Assembly (NCBI GenBank): GCA_052327205.1
Contig: JBMRGM010000043.1
Span: 30,938,001-31,002,000, forward strand
DNA from: Somniosus microcephalus
Taxonomy: Eukaryota
Reading direction: 5' to 3'
Length of the DNA: 64,000 bases
Shown here: positions 25,005-38,280 of the stretch, piece by piece
Position numbering within the stretch: the stretch's first letter is position 1
Layout of the letters: each line of letters opens with the position of its first letter
Notes under the pieces: model-generated
What the model saw: only the letters and a program-made list of their open reading frames with translations
Databases searched by the model: none
Told to the model about the DNA's origin: nothing
Position numbers and translations under genes: made by a program

Positions 25005-26640
25005 TTAGTTTATCAACAGGTCAGTCAGCCTAACATAGGTATTGGAAACAATTATTAGGGAAAAAATAAACATTTATTTGGAAAGACATTGTTTAATCAA
25101 GGAGATGCAACATGGATTTGTTAAAGGAAATCATGTGTGACTAATTTGATTGAATATTTGATGAGGTAACAGACTTTTGATCAAGATGGTGTTGTAGATG
25201 TTGTATATATTGACTTGCGGAAGGCAGTCATCCGAGACTTGTTAAAAAAGATGTAAACCCATGGGATTAAGAGAAATGGGCTCGGTGACAGGAAGCAGAG
25301 AGTGGTGGTGGATGGATATTTCTCAGACGGGGAGGTGGTTTTGCAGTGGTGTTCCCCAACAGTCATTTTGGGGTCCAGTACTCTTCGCAATTTTAATGAC
25401 TGACCTAGACAAAGGTGTAGGGAGCAACAGTGTAAATCTGCAGATGATACGTAACTTGGCCAGGTAGTAGATTGTGATGAGGATCCTTGTAGTCTTCAGG
25501 GTGACATAGACAGGAATGGTTAAATGGGCAGAAGCATGGCAGCTGGAGTTCAACCCGGAACTGTGAAGTGATGTAATTTTGGAGAACTAATCTGGAAAGA
25601 CAATATACAACAATAGCCACGATTTTGAAAAGTGTAGATGAGCCGAAATAATTTGGTGTGCATATACACAAATCCTTAAATATGACAAGGCAAGTGGATA
25701 AGTTGGTTAAAGAAGCATATGGATCACTTATTTTTTTTTAAATAGCGACTTAGAATGTAAAAGCAAAGAGAACATGCTAGAACTTTATGAATCAGTGTTT
25801 AGGGCTCAGCTGGACAATTCAGGGTAACAACTCATCAAGGCTTCTTCGGCAGCAGCTCTAAAACACGCAAACTCTTCCAACTAGAAGGACAAGGGCAGCA
25901 GGGGCATGGGAACACCACCACCTCCAAGTTGCCCTCCAAGACACACACAATTCTGACGTAGAAGTATATCGCCGATCCTTCATCGCCGCTGGGTCAAAAT
26001 CCTGGAACTCCCTCCCTAACAGCACTGTGGGAGTACCTTCACCACACGGACTGCAGCGGTTCAAGGCGGCGGCTCACCACCACCTTCTCAAGGGCAATTA
26101 GGGACGGGAAATAAATGCTGGCCTTGCCAGCGACGCCCACATTCAAAATACAAATAAAACCACACTTCAGGAAACATAGTAAGAGGCAAAGAAAGGATAC
26201 AGAGGATGCTTACAGGATATTACAAGGGATCAGGGACTTTATTTACGAGCAGTGGTTGGCTAATTAGGACGTGGAACAGAGAAGGTGAGCCATTAGAGAT
26301 TTTCAAGGGGATGAGAAGTTTTGTTAGTGCAGATAGAGAAACAATATTCCCTCTTGGTCAATAACTAGAGGTCAAAGATTTAACATCATTGTATAAAGAT
26401 CTTGAGGGGAGATGTGGAGAAATATTTTTCAATCAGGGAGTTGTCGGGATGTAGAATGCTCTACCTGAAAATTTGGTGGAAGCGACTTCCATCAATAACT
26501 TTAGCAGTGAGTTGGACGGATCGTTGACTATGAGGACCTTTTTAGGGCTGCGGACAAAAGCCAGGGATATGGGACTAAGGACGATTGCTCCTTCAAGGCG
26601 TTCTACGTTCTGTATATCTACTTCTGAATGTTTCTATGAT
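25005..26640 (+). mobile_element. Old CR1 fragment with a nested LINE/SINE 3' tail (about 25820-26160)
   Basis: Decayed QHGF/GVPQ motifs; nested tail ...ctcaagggcaattagggacgggaaataaatgctggccttgccagcgacgcccac also seen at 33670-33915. Confidence 0.75.
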
Positions 26641-26719
26641 TCGGTAACATTTCGTTAAAAGTGAACTTTGCGTTGTTGATGCATGAATCCTTAATATCTG
26701 AGAACATTTTCGTGCACAG

Positions 26720-26811
26720 GGTGGCAACTGAAAATAGATCTCTAACCCCGAGTGAAGAAACATCTGCGACCAATTTCGAGTGTGCAGTTGTGGGATCAGG
26801 CCGAAATACTG
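26720..26811 (+). CDS. Gene A cytoplasmic exon C2, VATENRSLTPSEETSATNFECAVVGSGRNT
   Basis: cacag acceptor, G|gtaagc donor, phase 2-1; paralogs at 43951 and 60679. Confidence 0.82.
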
Positions 26812-27797
26812 GTAAGCGTGAACTGACACATGTGAAAAATATGGTAGATTGTTCATGGTAACATTGGTTCTGCCGCTAACCCATCATATCTCCGGTGGAA
26901 TATCGGTAATAATTCAGGGAAACGACCATTTCTGCATGACTTGCGGCAATATTCCAATGACGTTGTGACAGGACATGGTGGAAATCACCCATGGACATTG
27001 GAGTTTTTCATCTGCAAGCATTCAGCATTCTCTCATGTTAGATTTCCATCTTATTGTCTGGGCATTAAGCATCGCATGGGTCGAGCATACGCAGGGAAAT
27101 AGTTTGGGGCGCTTGACACGGTTCTATTGAACCATGTTAGTGGAAAGAAAAGCTGGTGGGTTCCGTAAAGGATGTGCCTGCTGCTCCAGCAGACTGAGCA
27201 GTCTGCGCTCTTTGCAGGTGACGCTAACTGTTCCTACGCCAAAACAAAAATCTACCCCTATTCCCTTTTAATTTTGAATTCATTATTTCCTCTACACCTC
27301 ATTTTTCTTTTTTCTGATGGTAGTGGTTCTCAATCGGCCGGGATTGATAGGTGGCCATCTGGGTGCTAGTCCAAAGGTTTTATCTCGGAACCTGATAATC
27401 AGACATAAGGAACAATATCTTGAGTACTAAATTGATTTGGGGAACTGTCTCCTCCCCACCATTACAAATCAACTTTCCAAGCAAAGGATGTTGGAACTGG
27501 TCCTCAGCCCGATATCTGGGTGCCTGGAATGGAGAGAATGAGAGAATGTGCTTCTCACCATCACCCTGTTTACAAGCAAGCGACTCAGCCCAGCCCTATG
27601 GCTTGGGACCAAAACACTTCATGAATTTGCTCACGGGCCGATGGATCAGCTTGTATTGATCAGGATAATTAGTTGATTAATTTTAATACCAGTAAACACA
27701 GCAGTAAATTTCCAATCATGAATTGTAGGTTGTGTCTGGTATCTAAAGGCTTCCTTAATTAACTGTCATTGACAGTTTCCATTTTTTCTCTCTACAG

Positions 27798-27854
27798 CTT
27801 CTATTTCCAATCAGATAATCTACAGTGTAGTCCAAGACAGGAAATCTATGGAAG
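27798..27854 (+). CDS. Gene A cytoplasmic exon C3 with ITIM IIYSVV
   Basis: ctacag acceptor, AAG|gtacgg donor, 57 bp; ASISNQIIYSVVQDRKSME. Confidence 0.85.
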
Positions 27855-28634
27855 GTACGGATTCGCCTTGTTACTTGGCTGGAGGGATTTGTATATCTCA
27901 TAGGGCTTCATAACTACTGTGAGGGTAGCGACTGTCTTCAGACTGTGAGAAGTAATCTGGGAAGGGTCTGAATCGATTGATGCATTATAGGACTGGCACC
28001 ACAATTACAGTATTTGTAAATGACAAAATCACTATAGACACTTTGTAAGTTCCATCTCTCGGGAGTAGTATCCTTAGAACCTGCACAGAAACTCCCCTGT
28101 TCTGGTTTTTAGTTAACTATTGTGTGGAACATCGTAATTGGCCGGACTCTTAATGTCACCATAAAATGCAATGATGATAACAAATCTTTAATATAACTCG
28201 ATCGATACAGTTGAAGGCAAATAACGTGTACATTTGGCAAACATAATCCATTCTTGGAAATTTAAATCAATGCTGTGCAATTAATGGTTATATAACTGAT
28301 GGGAATGACATGCTCTAATCACATGCACTATATTCATGTTATGGATACTGATACGATATTCTCAATTCATTATCGCTGTCAATTAATTTATACCAAGCAA
28401 TCAGTCAGTCTAGCTCTCTAAATAGGTATCCATGTACCCATCAATATCTTTCTATCTATGTGTCAATCTATCTTTATATCTATCTTCCAAATATCTATGT
28501 ATCTTTCTATCTATCACTCAATGTCTTCCTCCCTATATCTCTATATATATCTATCACCTCTCTATCATCTATATATTAATCCATCTTAATGAAGCGTCCT
28601 TATTGTCTTGTTTTCTCTTTTTGTTTCTGTTCAG

Positions 28635-28700
28635 ATGATACCGGAACTGCTGCCCATTTAGTGTATTCGGAGGTCACGATCATAAAGTCACGAGGCTGTG
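28635..28700 (+). CDS. Gene A cytoplasmic exon C4 with ITIM LVYSEV
   Basis: Long polypyrimidine tract + ttcag, G|gtaatt donor, 66 bp; DDTGTAAHLVYSEVTIIKSRGC. Confidence 0.85.
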
Positions 28701-28789
28701 GTAATTTCTGTCAATTGTTCGCAGCTGTTGCTAAGCGAGATGATAATTACAGTTCTAGATAATGTTGGGATATTCCTCTGCTTGATATA

Positions 28790-31700
28790 GTGGGAATGAG
28801 GCACATGGACTGTAAACTAAATAGTGGGGGGGGGAGGGTTCAGTTGAAGGGGAATTTAGAAAGTCAAACAGAAAGGAGGAGGTAATAGTGCAAGGTAGTG
28901 ATAGGGGTAATGATAACCAGAGATTAACAGGAGGAGACAGAGCATACAGACATAAACGTGCACCTGCAAATAGTTTCAGAGTAGTTAAAAATGGTATAAA
29001 AATAAATAAATGCTCTTTAACTGAATGCACGCAGCATTCATAACAGGATAGATGAGTTGCGGGCACAAATCGAAATAAATGGGCATGATCTGATAGCCAT
29101 TACAGAGACGGGGTTGCAAGGTGACCAAGGCTGGGAACTGAATATTTAAGGGTATTTGACATTTTGGAAGAATAGGCAGAAAGCAAAAGGAGTTGGGTAA
29201 CTCTTTTAATAAAGGATGTGATCAGTGCAGTGGTGAGAAATGATATTGGCTCAGAATATCAAAATGTAGAATTAATTTTAACGGAGATAAGAAATAGTAA
29301 GGGAATTAAATCATTAGCGGGAGCAGTCTATAGCCCTCCTAACTGTAGCTACACTGTATGACAGTGTATAAATCAAGAAATAATAGGGGCTTGTAAGTAA
29401 GGTACTGCGATAATCATGGGTGATTTTAATATTCATATAGATTGAACAAATCTAATTGACAAGGTTAACCTTGAGGACGAGTTCATAGAATGTATTCGGG
29501 ATGGTTTCTTAGAACAATACGTTGTGGAATCAACCAGGGTGATGGCTATTTTAAATCTGGTAATATGTAATGGGGCAGGATTAATTAATGATCTCCTGGT
29601 AAAGGATCCTCTTGTGAAGAACGATCATAGCATGATGAATTTCTAATTCAGATTGAGGGTGAGAAACTTGGGTCTGAAACTTAAATAAATTCAATTCCAA
29701 AGGTATGAAGAAAGAGTGGGCTAAAGTAGACTGGGAAAATAGATTAAAGTGTAAGACGGTAGATAGGCAGCGACAGAAATTTAACGAGATTTTTCATAAC
29801 TCTCAGCAAAGATTTATTGCAGTGTGAAAGAATGACTCCACGAGAAGGATGACCATCCCGGGCTAACTGAGGAATTTAAGCGTGGTATCAAATTGAAAGA
29901 AAATGCATAAAATGTTGCAAAGATTCGTAGTAGGTGAGAGGATTGGGAAATTTTTGAAAATCAGCAAAGGATGACTAAAAAATTAAAAGAGGTAGAAGAT
30001 AGATTATGAAAGTAAACTAGCAAAAAATATAAAAAAACAGAGACTAAGAGCTTCTACAGGTATATTAATGGAAGATAATAGCTAAAGTAAAACTTGGTCC
30101 CTTAGATGTTGGGACTGGGGAATTAATAATGGGAAACAGGGAAATGGCAGAGACATTGAACAAATATTTTGTATTGGTCTTCACGGTGGAAGAAACAAAA
30201 AGCATCCCAATGATAATTGATAATCAAGGGGCTATATTCACAATATATATCTAAAATTTGGGTGAGGGTCCCAAATGTAATATTTCCAAGTTTGCTAACA
30301 TCACGAATCTAGGTGGGATTGTGAGTTGTGAGGAGGATGCTAATAGGCTTCAAGCTAATTTAGACAAGTTCATTGAGTGGGCAAATACATGGCAGCTACA
30401 GTATAACGTGGATAAATCTGAAGTTATCCATTTCAGTACGAAAAACAGAAAGGCAGAATATTATTTAAATGTTGATAGATTGGGAAATGTTGATGTACAG
30501 ATGGACTTGGGCGTCCATGTACACCAGTCACTGAAAGCAAACATGCAGGTGCAGTAAGGAAGGGAAATTGAATTTTGGCCTGCATTGCAAGAGGAGTTGA
30601 GTACAGGAGCAAGGATGTACATTTATACAGGGCCTTGATGAGACCTTGGGAGTACGGTGTGCAGTTTTGTTCTCCTCACCTAAGAAAGGATATACTTACG
30701 ATAGAGGGAGTGCAGCGAGGGTTCGCCAGACTGATTCCTGGGATGGCAGGACTGTCGTCTCAGGAGAGATTGGGCTGACTAAACTTTATTCACGAGAGTT
30801 TAAAAGAATGTGAGTGTATCTCATTTAAACGTATAAAATTCTGACAGGGCTAGACAGACTGGATGCAGGGAGGATGTTTCCCCCGGCTGGTGGGTCTAGA
30901 AGGAGTGATCACATTCTCAGGAAGGCGTACATTCAAGGGTCTTAAATGAAGTGGCTGCAAAGATAATCGATGCATTGGTTGTAATCAACCAAAATTCCCT
31001 GGATTCTGGAGAGCTCCCAGCGGCTTGGAAATTCGCAAATTTAACGCTCCTATTGAAGAAAGGAAAGAGGCAAAAAGCAGGAATCTATTGGCCAGTTAGC
31101 CTTACATCTGTCATTGGGAAAATGATGGAATCTATTATTAAGGAATGAATAGCAGGACATATAGAAAATCATGATTTTCTATCAGAGTCAACATGGTTTT
31201 ATGGAAGGTAAATTGTGCTTGACAAATTTACTAGAGTTCTTTGAGGATGTAACGAGCAGGGTGGATAAAGGGGAACCAGTTGATGTAGTGTATTTGAATT
31301 TGCAGAAGACATTCGCTAAGGTGCCACATAAAAGGTTACTGCACAAGATAAGAGCTCATGGGGTTGGGAGTAATATTTTAGCATGGATAGTGGATTGGCT
31401 ATCCAACAGAAAACAAAGAGTCGGGATAAATGGGTCATTTTCCGGTTGGCAAACTGTAACTGGTGGAATGCCACAGGGATCAGTGCTGGGGCCTCAACTA
31501 TTTACAATCTATATTAATGACCTGGCCAAATTTGCTGATGATACAAAGGTAGATGAGAAACAAGTTGTAAGGAGGACACAATTAGTTTGCAAAGGGGTAT
31601 CGATATGTTAAGTGAGCGGGCAGAAATTCGGCACATGCAGTATAATGTGGGAAAATATGAGATTATCCACTTTGGTAAGAAATCGAATGAAACAAATTAT

Positions 31701-32425
31701 TATTTAAATGGGGAGAGACTACCTAATGCTGCCGTACACAGTGTCCTCGTACTTGATACACAAAAGGTTAGCATGCAGGTACAGCAAGTAATTAGGAATG
31801 CAAATGGAATGCTGGCATTTATTGGCAGGGGGTGGAGCATAATAGTAGGGAAGTCTTGCTACAACTGGAGTATTGCGTGTAGTTCTGGTCCCCTTATTTC
31901 AGGTGGGATACACTTGCATTGGAGGCAGTTCAGAGAAGGTTCACTAGGTTCATTCCTGAGATGAAGGGGTTGTCTAAAGAAGAAATGTTCAGCAGGTTGG
32001 GCATTTACGCATTGGAGTTTAGAAGAATGAGAGTTGGTATTATTGAAACATATAAGATTCTGAGGGTGCTTGACAGGGTAGATTCAGGGAGGATGTTTCC
32101 CCTCGTGGGGGAATCTAGAAGTAGGGGACAAAGTTACAGGATATGGGAGCGCCCTTTTAAAACGAAGATGAGGAGGAATTTCTTCTCTCAGAGGTTGTGA
32201 ATCTTTGGAATTGTCTACCCCAGTGAGCTGTGGTGGCGGAGTCATTGATTGTATTCAAGGCGGAGATAGACATATATTTGAGCTACAGGGGAGTTAAGAG
32301 TTTTGAGAAGCAGATGGGAAAGTGGCGATGAGGCCAAGATCAGATCAACCATGATCGTATTGAATGGTGGTGCAGGTTCGAGGGGCCGAATGGCCTACTC
32401 TTGCTCCTATTTATGTTTCTTATGA
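28790..32425 (+). mobile_element. Composite decayed CR1 LINE (endonuclease part plus two RT/3' segments)
   Basis: IAITET and IMGDFN endonuclease motifs; jumps at about 30240 and 30925; [26 protein letters not shown]. Confidence 0.88.
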
Positions 32426-32717
32426 AATATCACGTAGATGTTATTAGCAGGTGTAATTTTAACCTAACTCAGCCTGGTCGAAAAGGGACTGGATCTGGTG
32501 AAATGCCTGTTGTCAATCGCACCCAATTTTACTCTCCTACTACAAGGGAGAGTAAAGTCCATTGGGTGTACACCCACCCCGAAATTGTCCCGATCCCGTC
32601 AGTTTACTGCCAGGGTGGGTGATATTAAAATGACCCCGGATTAGGCTGGATTCATCTAATTCTATTCATCAACTTCCCCAGATTGTTGCCTTTATAATGC
32701 ATCTGCTTTATTTACAG

Positions 32718-32749
32718 ATAATGATGATGGCGCCTCAGGAAGGAAACAG
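32718..32749 (+). CDS. Gene A cytoplasmic exon C5, DNDDGASGRKQ
   Basis: tttacag acceptor, perfect CAG|gtaagt donor, phase 1-0. Confidence 0.72.
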
Positions 32750-33324
32750 GTAAGTTATCTTTAGAGGGGAAAGATGCTGGTGAGAAATATCGCGACCAAT
32801 GCGAGTAGATTTCTAACTAACGTTCGCAAAGTAAACGATCAGTTTTAGCAATGGCCCGATTGAAACACACTCCCTTATCGAAAAGATATTCGTTTGGATT
32901 GTGAAAGGAGCAGCACATTCGCTGTCCACCCGTTATGGTCCCACACTGCCCAAAAGCAATTTTAACCCCGATGTCTATTATTCTCTATCATTGGGACAGA
33001 TATGCTGCTTGCGACTTGGGCTTAAAGAGGGCGATGACGATCTTTCACACAGAATGGAAAACACACATTTTTAATTTGCAATGATTTGAATTAAAAATAG
33101 AATCCGGCGGTTCCAATCGACGCCAGTTTTTAGCCTGGGCCCAATTTCTGAAATCTAAATCATTCTGTCTGCAAAGGTCACTGCTAAACTGGCTCCACAC
33201 CACTAAAGTAGCCCCTGATTAGTAATTTAAATCCAGACCATTATTTTAAAATTCAGTTGCCAGTTGTTTACAGAATAATAAAGAACATTGTAGTTTTGTT
33301 CCACCGAAAGATCATTGCAAATAT

Positions 33325-33915
33325 GGGTGCAGTAGCTTCGTGGTTACATAACTGGATCAATAATCCAGAGGTCTCGACTAATGGTCCGAAGACATCAGTT
33401 CAAATCCCAGCACTGGCAGCTGGGGAAAGTAAACTCAGTTAATTAAATACATCTGGAATAAATAGCTCATAACAGTAATGGTGACCATGACACACTCTGG
33501 TTGTTGTAAAACCCAACTAATATCCTCAAGGAAGGAAATTGGCTGTCCTTACCTGGTCTACCCTGTATGTGACTCCAGACTCACTAGCAATGAGGTTGAC
33601 CCTTAACTGCCCCTAAAATGGCGGAGCAAGCCAATCAATTTTACCAAACTGCAAGAAAAGGCATTAACCCTATGGGAACACCTCCCCCTCCAAGTCACAC
33701 ACCATCCTGACTTGGAAGTATATTGCCGTTCCTTCATCACTGCAGTGTCAAACTCCTGGAACTCCCTCCCTACCAGCACTGTGGGAGCACCTTCACGACA
33801 CAGACTGCAGCGTTTCAAGAAGGCGGCTCGCCACCATCTTCTCAAGGGCAATTAGGAATGGGCAATAAATGCTGGCCTTGCCAGCGACGCCCACATCCCG
33901 TCAATGAATAAAAAA
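33325..33915 (+). mobile_element. SINE head joined to LINE-type 3' tail
   Basis: tRNA-like head (gcagtagcttcgtggtta..gttcaaatccc) and the tail shared with 25820-26160, ending in an A-rich run. Confidence 0.6.
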
Positions 33916-35339
33916 TTATCATCGCTTGTTTAAATTTAGTCGGTGGTTTATTCATTGCTCGTTTCAATCCAACCATTTTATTTTGATTTTTAACTATAAA
34001 AGTAAATTAATAGAGGAATTATAAGTGAAATTGTGTGAGCTCAGCCAGTTAATTGTCAGTAGTTTTGACCATACTGTAAATCGGGCAATATTGAATTGGC
34101 CATCCATTATCCATCTCTCCCGACTTCCCTTCCACTGAAATCACCACTGATTCTCTCTCGCCAGCTGTGCACCATCACCTGAGACAATTTCAGCCCCATA
34201 TTCTTTAATTGCAGGATAACAAGATTGGTCCCAGCGACTATTGTGTCACGTACGCCACAGTTAACCGCACAAACACTGAAGCTAGTTTGGAAGGAGGTCC
34301 AATGGAAGAAGGCTGTGTCTACGAAAACCTTCCACGGAAATAAGAGTGAAGCAGGATTAAGAAGCATGGATACAACAAGAAAACAGAATGGAGGCAACGT
34401 CAATCAACTTGTGCTCTGTGCAAACTACCTGCTCTCAGGGACTTTAATCTGAAGGCAGGTTAAGCCATTGTTCCTTGTGCAAGGCCTTCTAGGCACAGCG
34501 TTCCTGCCCGCCAGCCATTCAATTTATACATATGTTTTACTCTGACAGGACTTTATATCTCGAGGGACATCATGTCGCAAGCTTTGCAGCTGATATTTTG
34601 CACAGGGAACCTACGTGTGGCTTTGGTGGTGCTACGTGCAAGTCTATAGAGTGTGTAAGAATATTGCACCGGAACGTACACCCAGGCTAGCCATGTTCTA
34701 ATGCAATTAGTTAATGGATGCGTTGGGGCTCTTGCTCTCTTTTTCCGCCAGTGATCCTGCATTCTTCCAAAACTGCAGAGGGAGATCAGTGGATCCCCTG
34801 GAGAAATTATGCAAATGCCCGAAGATGATGGGAGAAATCCTGTAGCAATTTCTAGGGTCAATTTTATCTTAAGTCATGTTGTAAAATGAATGTTATCGAA
34901 CTGACCACCATGACATATTTCCTTTTCCATTAACTTCAATGTAAAGTAAAACCGGGCATGCTGTATAATGGGAGCCTTGATTGATATCGTCCATTTGCCA
35001 CTCTCGCCCAATATTCAAATTATTCCAATCTATATGAATGCCACAAAAAAACTGTGTATAGAGTAAGTGGTTACTGTTTAATCTTCATCAATTGGGAGTT
35101 TAGCATTGCATTGGCAGAGCGCAGGGTAGAATATCTGGTGGGAAGGATGGCCCATTACTTGCCAAGCCCATCGAATTTTGCTTTCTTTCAACCTTCAAAA
35201 AGCAGGCCGTTCCGTTACCGGCATCCCTTGTGCCAAACTTTCCTTCCACGTTCCGGCAGTACAGACTGAACTTTACCTCACCATATATTAGTGCCAGATG
35301 CATAAGACATAGCGTTTTGTAATGCTACATGGATGATGG

Positions 35340-36300
35340 GATTTTTAAAATTTACACGGAATTTAAAGCACAGTAACAGGCATTCTGCCAAAGTGGCCTG
35401 TGCTGGCGTTTATGTTCCACACGAGACTCTTCTCACCTTCCCTCATCTAATCCTATCAACATATCCATTTTGTAACATATAACATAAAAACATAAGAATT
35501 AGGAGCAGGAGTAGACCATATGGTCCCTCGAGGCTGCTCTGGCGTTCAGTAAGATCGTGGCAGATCTTCGACCTTAACTCCACTTGCCCGCCCGATTTCC
35601 ATATCCCTGGTTTGAACTAGAATCCAAAAATCGATTTTATCTCAGCCTTGAATGTACTCAATGATTCTGCATACACGCCAAATTGGGGAAGTGCATTACA
35701 AAGACTCACAACCCTCTGAGTTAAGAAATTCCACGTCATGGCTGACCCCATAACCTCAGACTATGTCCCCGAGTTTTAGAATCTCCAGCCAGGGGAAACT
35801 GCCTCTCAACGTCTATCCTGTAAATCCCCCCAGAATGCTCGATCATCTCTCATTCTTCTAAAATACAGTGAGTATGGTCGCAATCTACTCAATATGTCCT
35901 CTTCGGACAACCCTCTCATCCCGGGAATCAATCTAGTGGACCCTCATTGAACCGCCTCTGTGATGGAGACCACAAAAGGACACAATACTCTAATGTGGTC
36001 CAACAACATTTCTATACAAATTTAACACGGCTTCTCTCCTTTTCCATTCATTTCCTCTAGAAATGGACTCCAATACTTCGGTAACAACTTGTTTTTCTAA
36101 TTTTAATGATTGTGAATGTGTACGCCTGGATCCCTTTGCTCCTCTACCCCATTTAGATTCTAATTTTTCGAGAATAATGTGGCTTCCTCATTCCTCGGAC
36201 CAAAATTCACAACCTAACTATGTTAAAATTCGCTTGCCATGTACACGCCCATTCAGCATGTTTATTAACGTCTTTTTGTATTTTATCGTGCTTCAACAAT
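35340..36300 (-). mobile_element. Decayed CR1 3' fragments
   Basis: acataagaattaggagcaggagtagacca = reverse complement of CR1 3' end, followed by decayed ORF2. Confidence 0.7.
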
Positions 36301-36360
36301 AACTGTTTTAATCGTTGAATAATAAATACAATTTTAAGAAATATTCCCTGTTGTTCACAG

Positions 36361-36414
36361 ATTGACATCAAGTGTAAGTCTATTCAGCACGATTTCAACC
36401 AAACCTTCTGCTAA
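36361..36414 (+). CDS. Candidate terminal exon of gene A, IDIKCKSIQHDFNQTFC*
   Basis: ttcacag acceptor, phase 0 fits C5; IKCKSI has ITIM spacing. Alternative terminal exon 34549-34593 (DFISRGTSCRKLCS*) is not excluded. Confidence 0.45.
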   Translation: MDIKCKSIQHDFNQTFC

Positions 36415-36829
36415 TTCAATGCACAAATACAGTGGCTTTAGTTTGTATTTGGGGAATGACCATATGGTACTGCCTGGAGACTCCCTCCAAATGAGTGGGT
36501 AGGACAGGGGAGGGAAAATACATTTCTGATGTCTTTAACTCATATTCCGCTGCATATTTAAAATATATATATTTATTTTAATCACTAAATATTCTGGGAT
36601 GCGGCACAATACGAAAATGGAAACAATTAATTTTGATGATGGCGCCAAAACGATTAATCTCTTTTTCTAAAAGTTAGAGAAAGGAATAACAAAAATGCTG
36701 TTAGTTCCTTATGGGCATTCCATATATTGTTATAGCGCATTGTCGGTCTGTTTTATCTACCTATCGATCTATCTTTTTGTGTTAGATTTACTAATTATCT
36801 AACTATGTGTCTGTTTATTCATCGTCAGT

Positions 36830-37465
36830 ATCATAAATAATCAAAGGCATGCAACAATAGGACAATTGAAGTTCCAATTATGGATTGTACCAGTAGAATA
36901 GTACAGGTACTAACCATAGACTCTGTCAGTGGGACAGCATAATTGATAAACAAAGGCCTGTACGAGTAGGACAATAAAGTTTGAAAAAGACCTGCAGCAA
37001 TAGGACAATTTAAACAGTCATCAAAATATCTGATCTAGTATAGGTACTACTCATAGGCATGCACATATAGGACAGTATAACAAATGATTAGAGACATGCA
37101 GCAGTCGGACATTATAGGCACTATTTATAGAGCTGTACCAGAAGGACAGTGAATGTACTGAGCATTGCCCGCCACCTGTAGGGCTATATATGTACTGATT
37201 ACTAACTGCACGAGTAGTAAATTAAAAATTCCTTATCCAGTGTCTCTTTATCGCTCCCAGTCATAGACAGACACCAATTGAACTGCGCAGATTCTAATTA
37301 GAGTTCGCCACAATAGTAAAGAATTGGTATTTATTGGAGATCTGGGCAAAGAGGACAGTATCACTACCAATAGCTGAACTGTACTAGAAGTGCTATCTAA
37401 GCACTAATCATATACATTCTGCAGTAGGAGAGTCGAGGCAGCAATCATAGACCTGCACCAGTAGG
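36830..37465. repeat. Degenerate 37-bp minisatellite upstream of unit B promoter
   Basis: Same unit as 6640-7240 (ggtactaaccatagactctgtcagtgggacagcata...). Confidence 0.72.
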
Positions 37466-37609
37466 TGATATCTAGAGTGAGCCCGAGAGAGGAGCAATAC
37501 TGTGCGACTCAAGGAGATGCCCCATATAAGCCTGGTATTAGGCTTCAGTAATTTGAGGTTCGAATCACCCATTTGCTAAACATTAATGACGAGATTGAAC
37601 TCACGGGAT

Positions 37610-38098
37610 TTAAATGGTTAATTGTGCCAGAGTGTAACAGGTTCAGTGGTCCGATTTTTCGCTGGTATCAGCACTTCGCCTCCCTTCCCCCTCTAAAGTT
37701 GTACCAGGCCACATACACAGAGCTGGGGTGACCGCTTCCCTAAGCCTGTGAAAAAACAAGCCTTCAGCCTGGGGCCACAGAGCAGGCCAGTCTCTCTGTT
37801 AACGGTATAACTGTGGTTAAAATAAATCATATTTAAAACAGTTTGAAGCGGTGTCTCCAGCATGGATGCCAACTGTTCGCTTCTGATCAGAATTCATTTT
37901 AAAACTGACAAGGCTCAGTTAACTTTTCAGCGTTAGAGTGGACTCGTCATCACGTCCGGTTTGATTTCCTGTTGTCTCCAATATGGTCAGAAGTCAGACT
38001 GATCTCAGTGTGCAGTCGCCTGGTGCATGAACAGTGAGCTCCACAGCTGTAGACTGCTTCTTGGGGAACTCGCTCCAGCCGCTGTCTCCTCATTCCCC
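37610..38098 (+). promoter_or_regulatory. Unit B promoter and putative 5' UTR exon
   Basis: Collinear with 8380-8843; TAACGG 37800, TGTGGTT 37812, reverse ACAGGAAAT about 37964, donor at 38099. Confidence 0.5.
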
Positions 38099-38280
38099 GT
38101 AAGTACAGACTCGGGATCTGTGCGTGCAGGCGTTTGGTACTGAAGAATTAGAACAGTGTCAGCGGCTGAATGTGATTCTATGATATCACTTTTCAGGTGA
38201 ACAGAACTGAAAACAGCTGATCCGAAGCGCGCGTCTTCACAGAGGGAGGTGGACTGCTGCTCGGATCCCCCGCATTCGAA

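Noticed and set aside
9340-36414. Assigning a mammalian symbol (FCRL5, FCRL3, FCGR1A, PECAM1)
   Set aside because: Lineage-specific expansion; one-to-one orthology cannot be shown from sequence reading alone.
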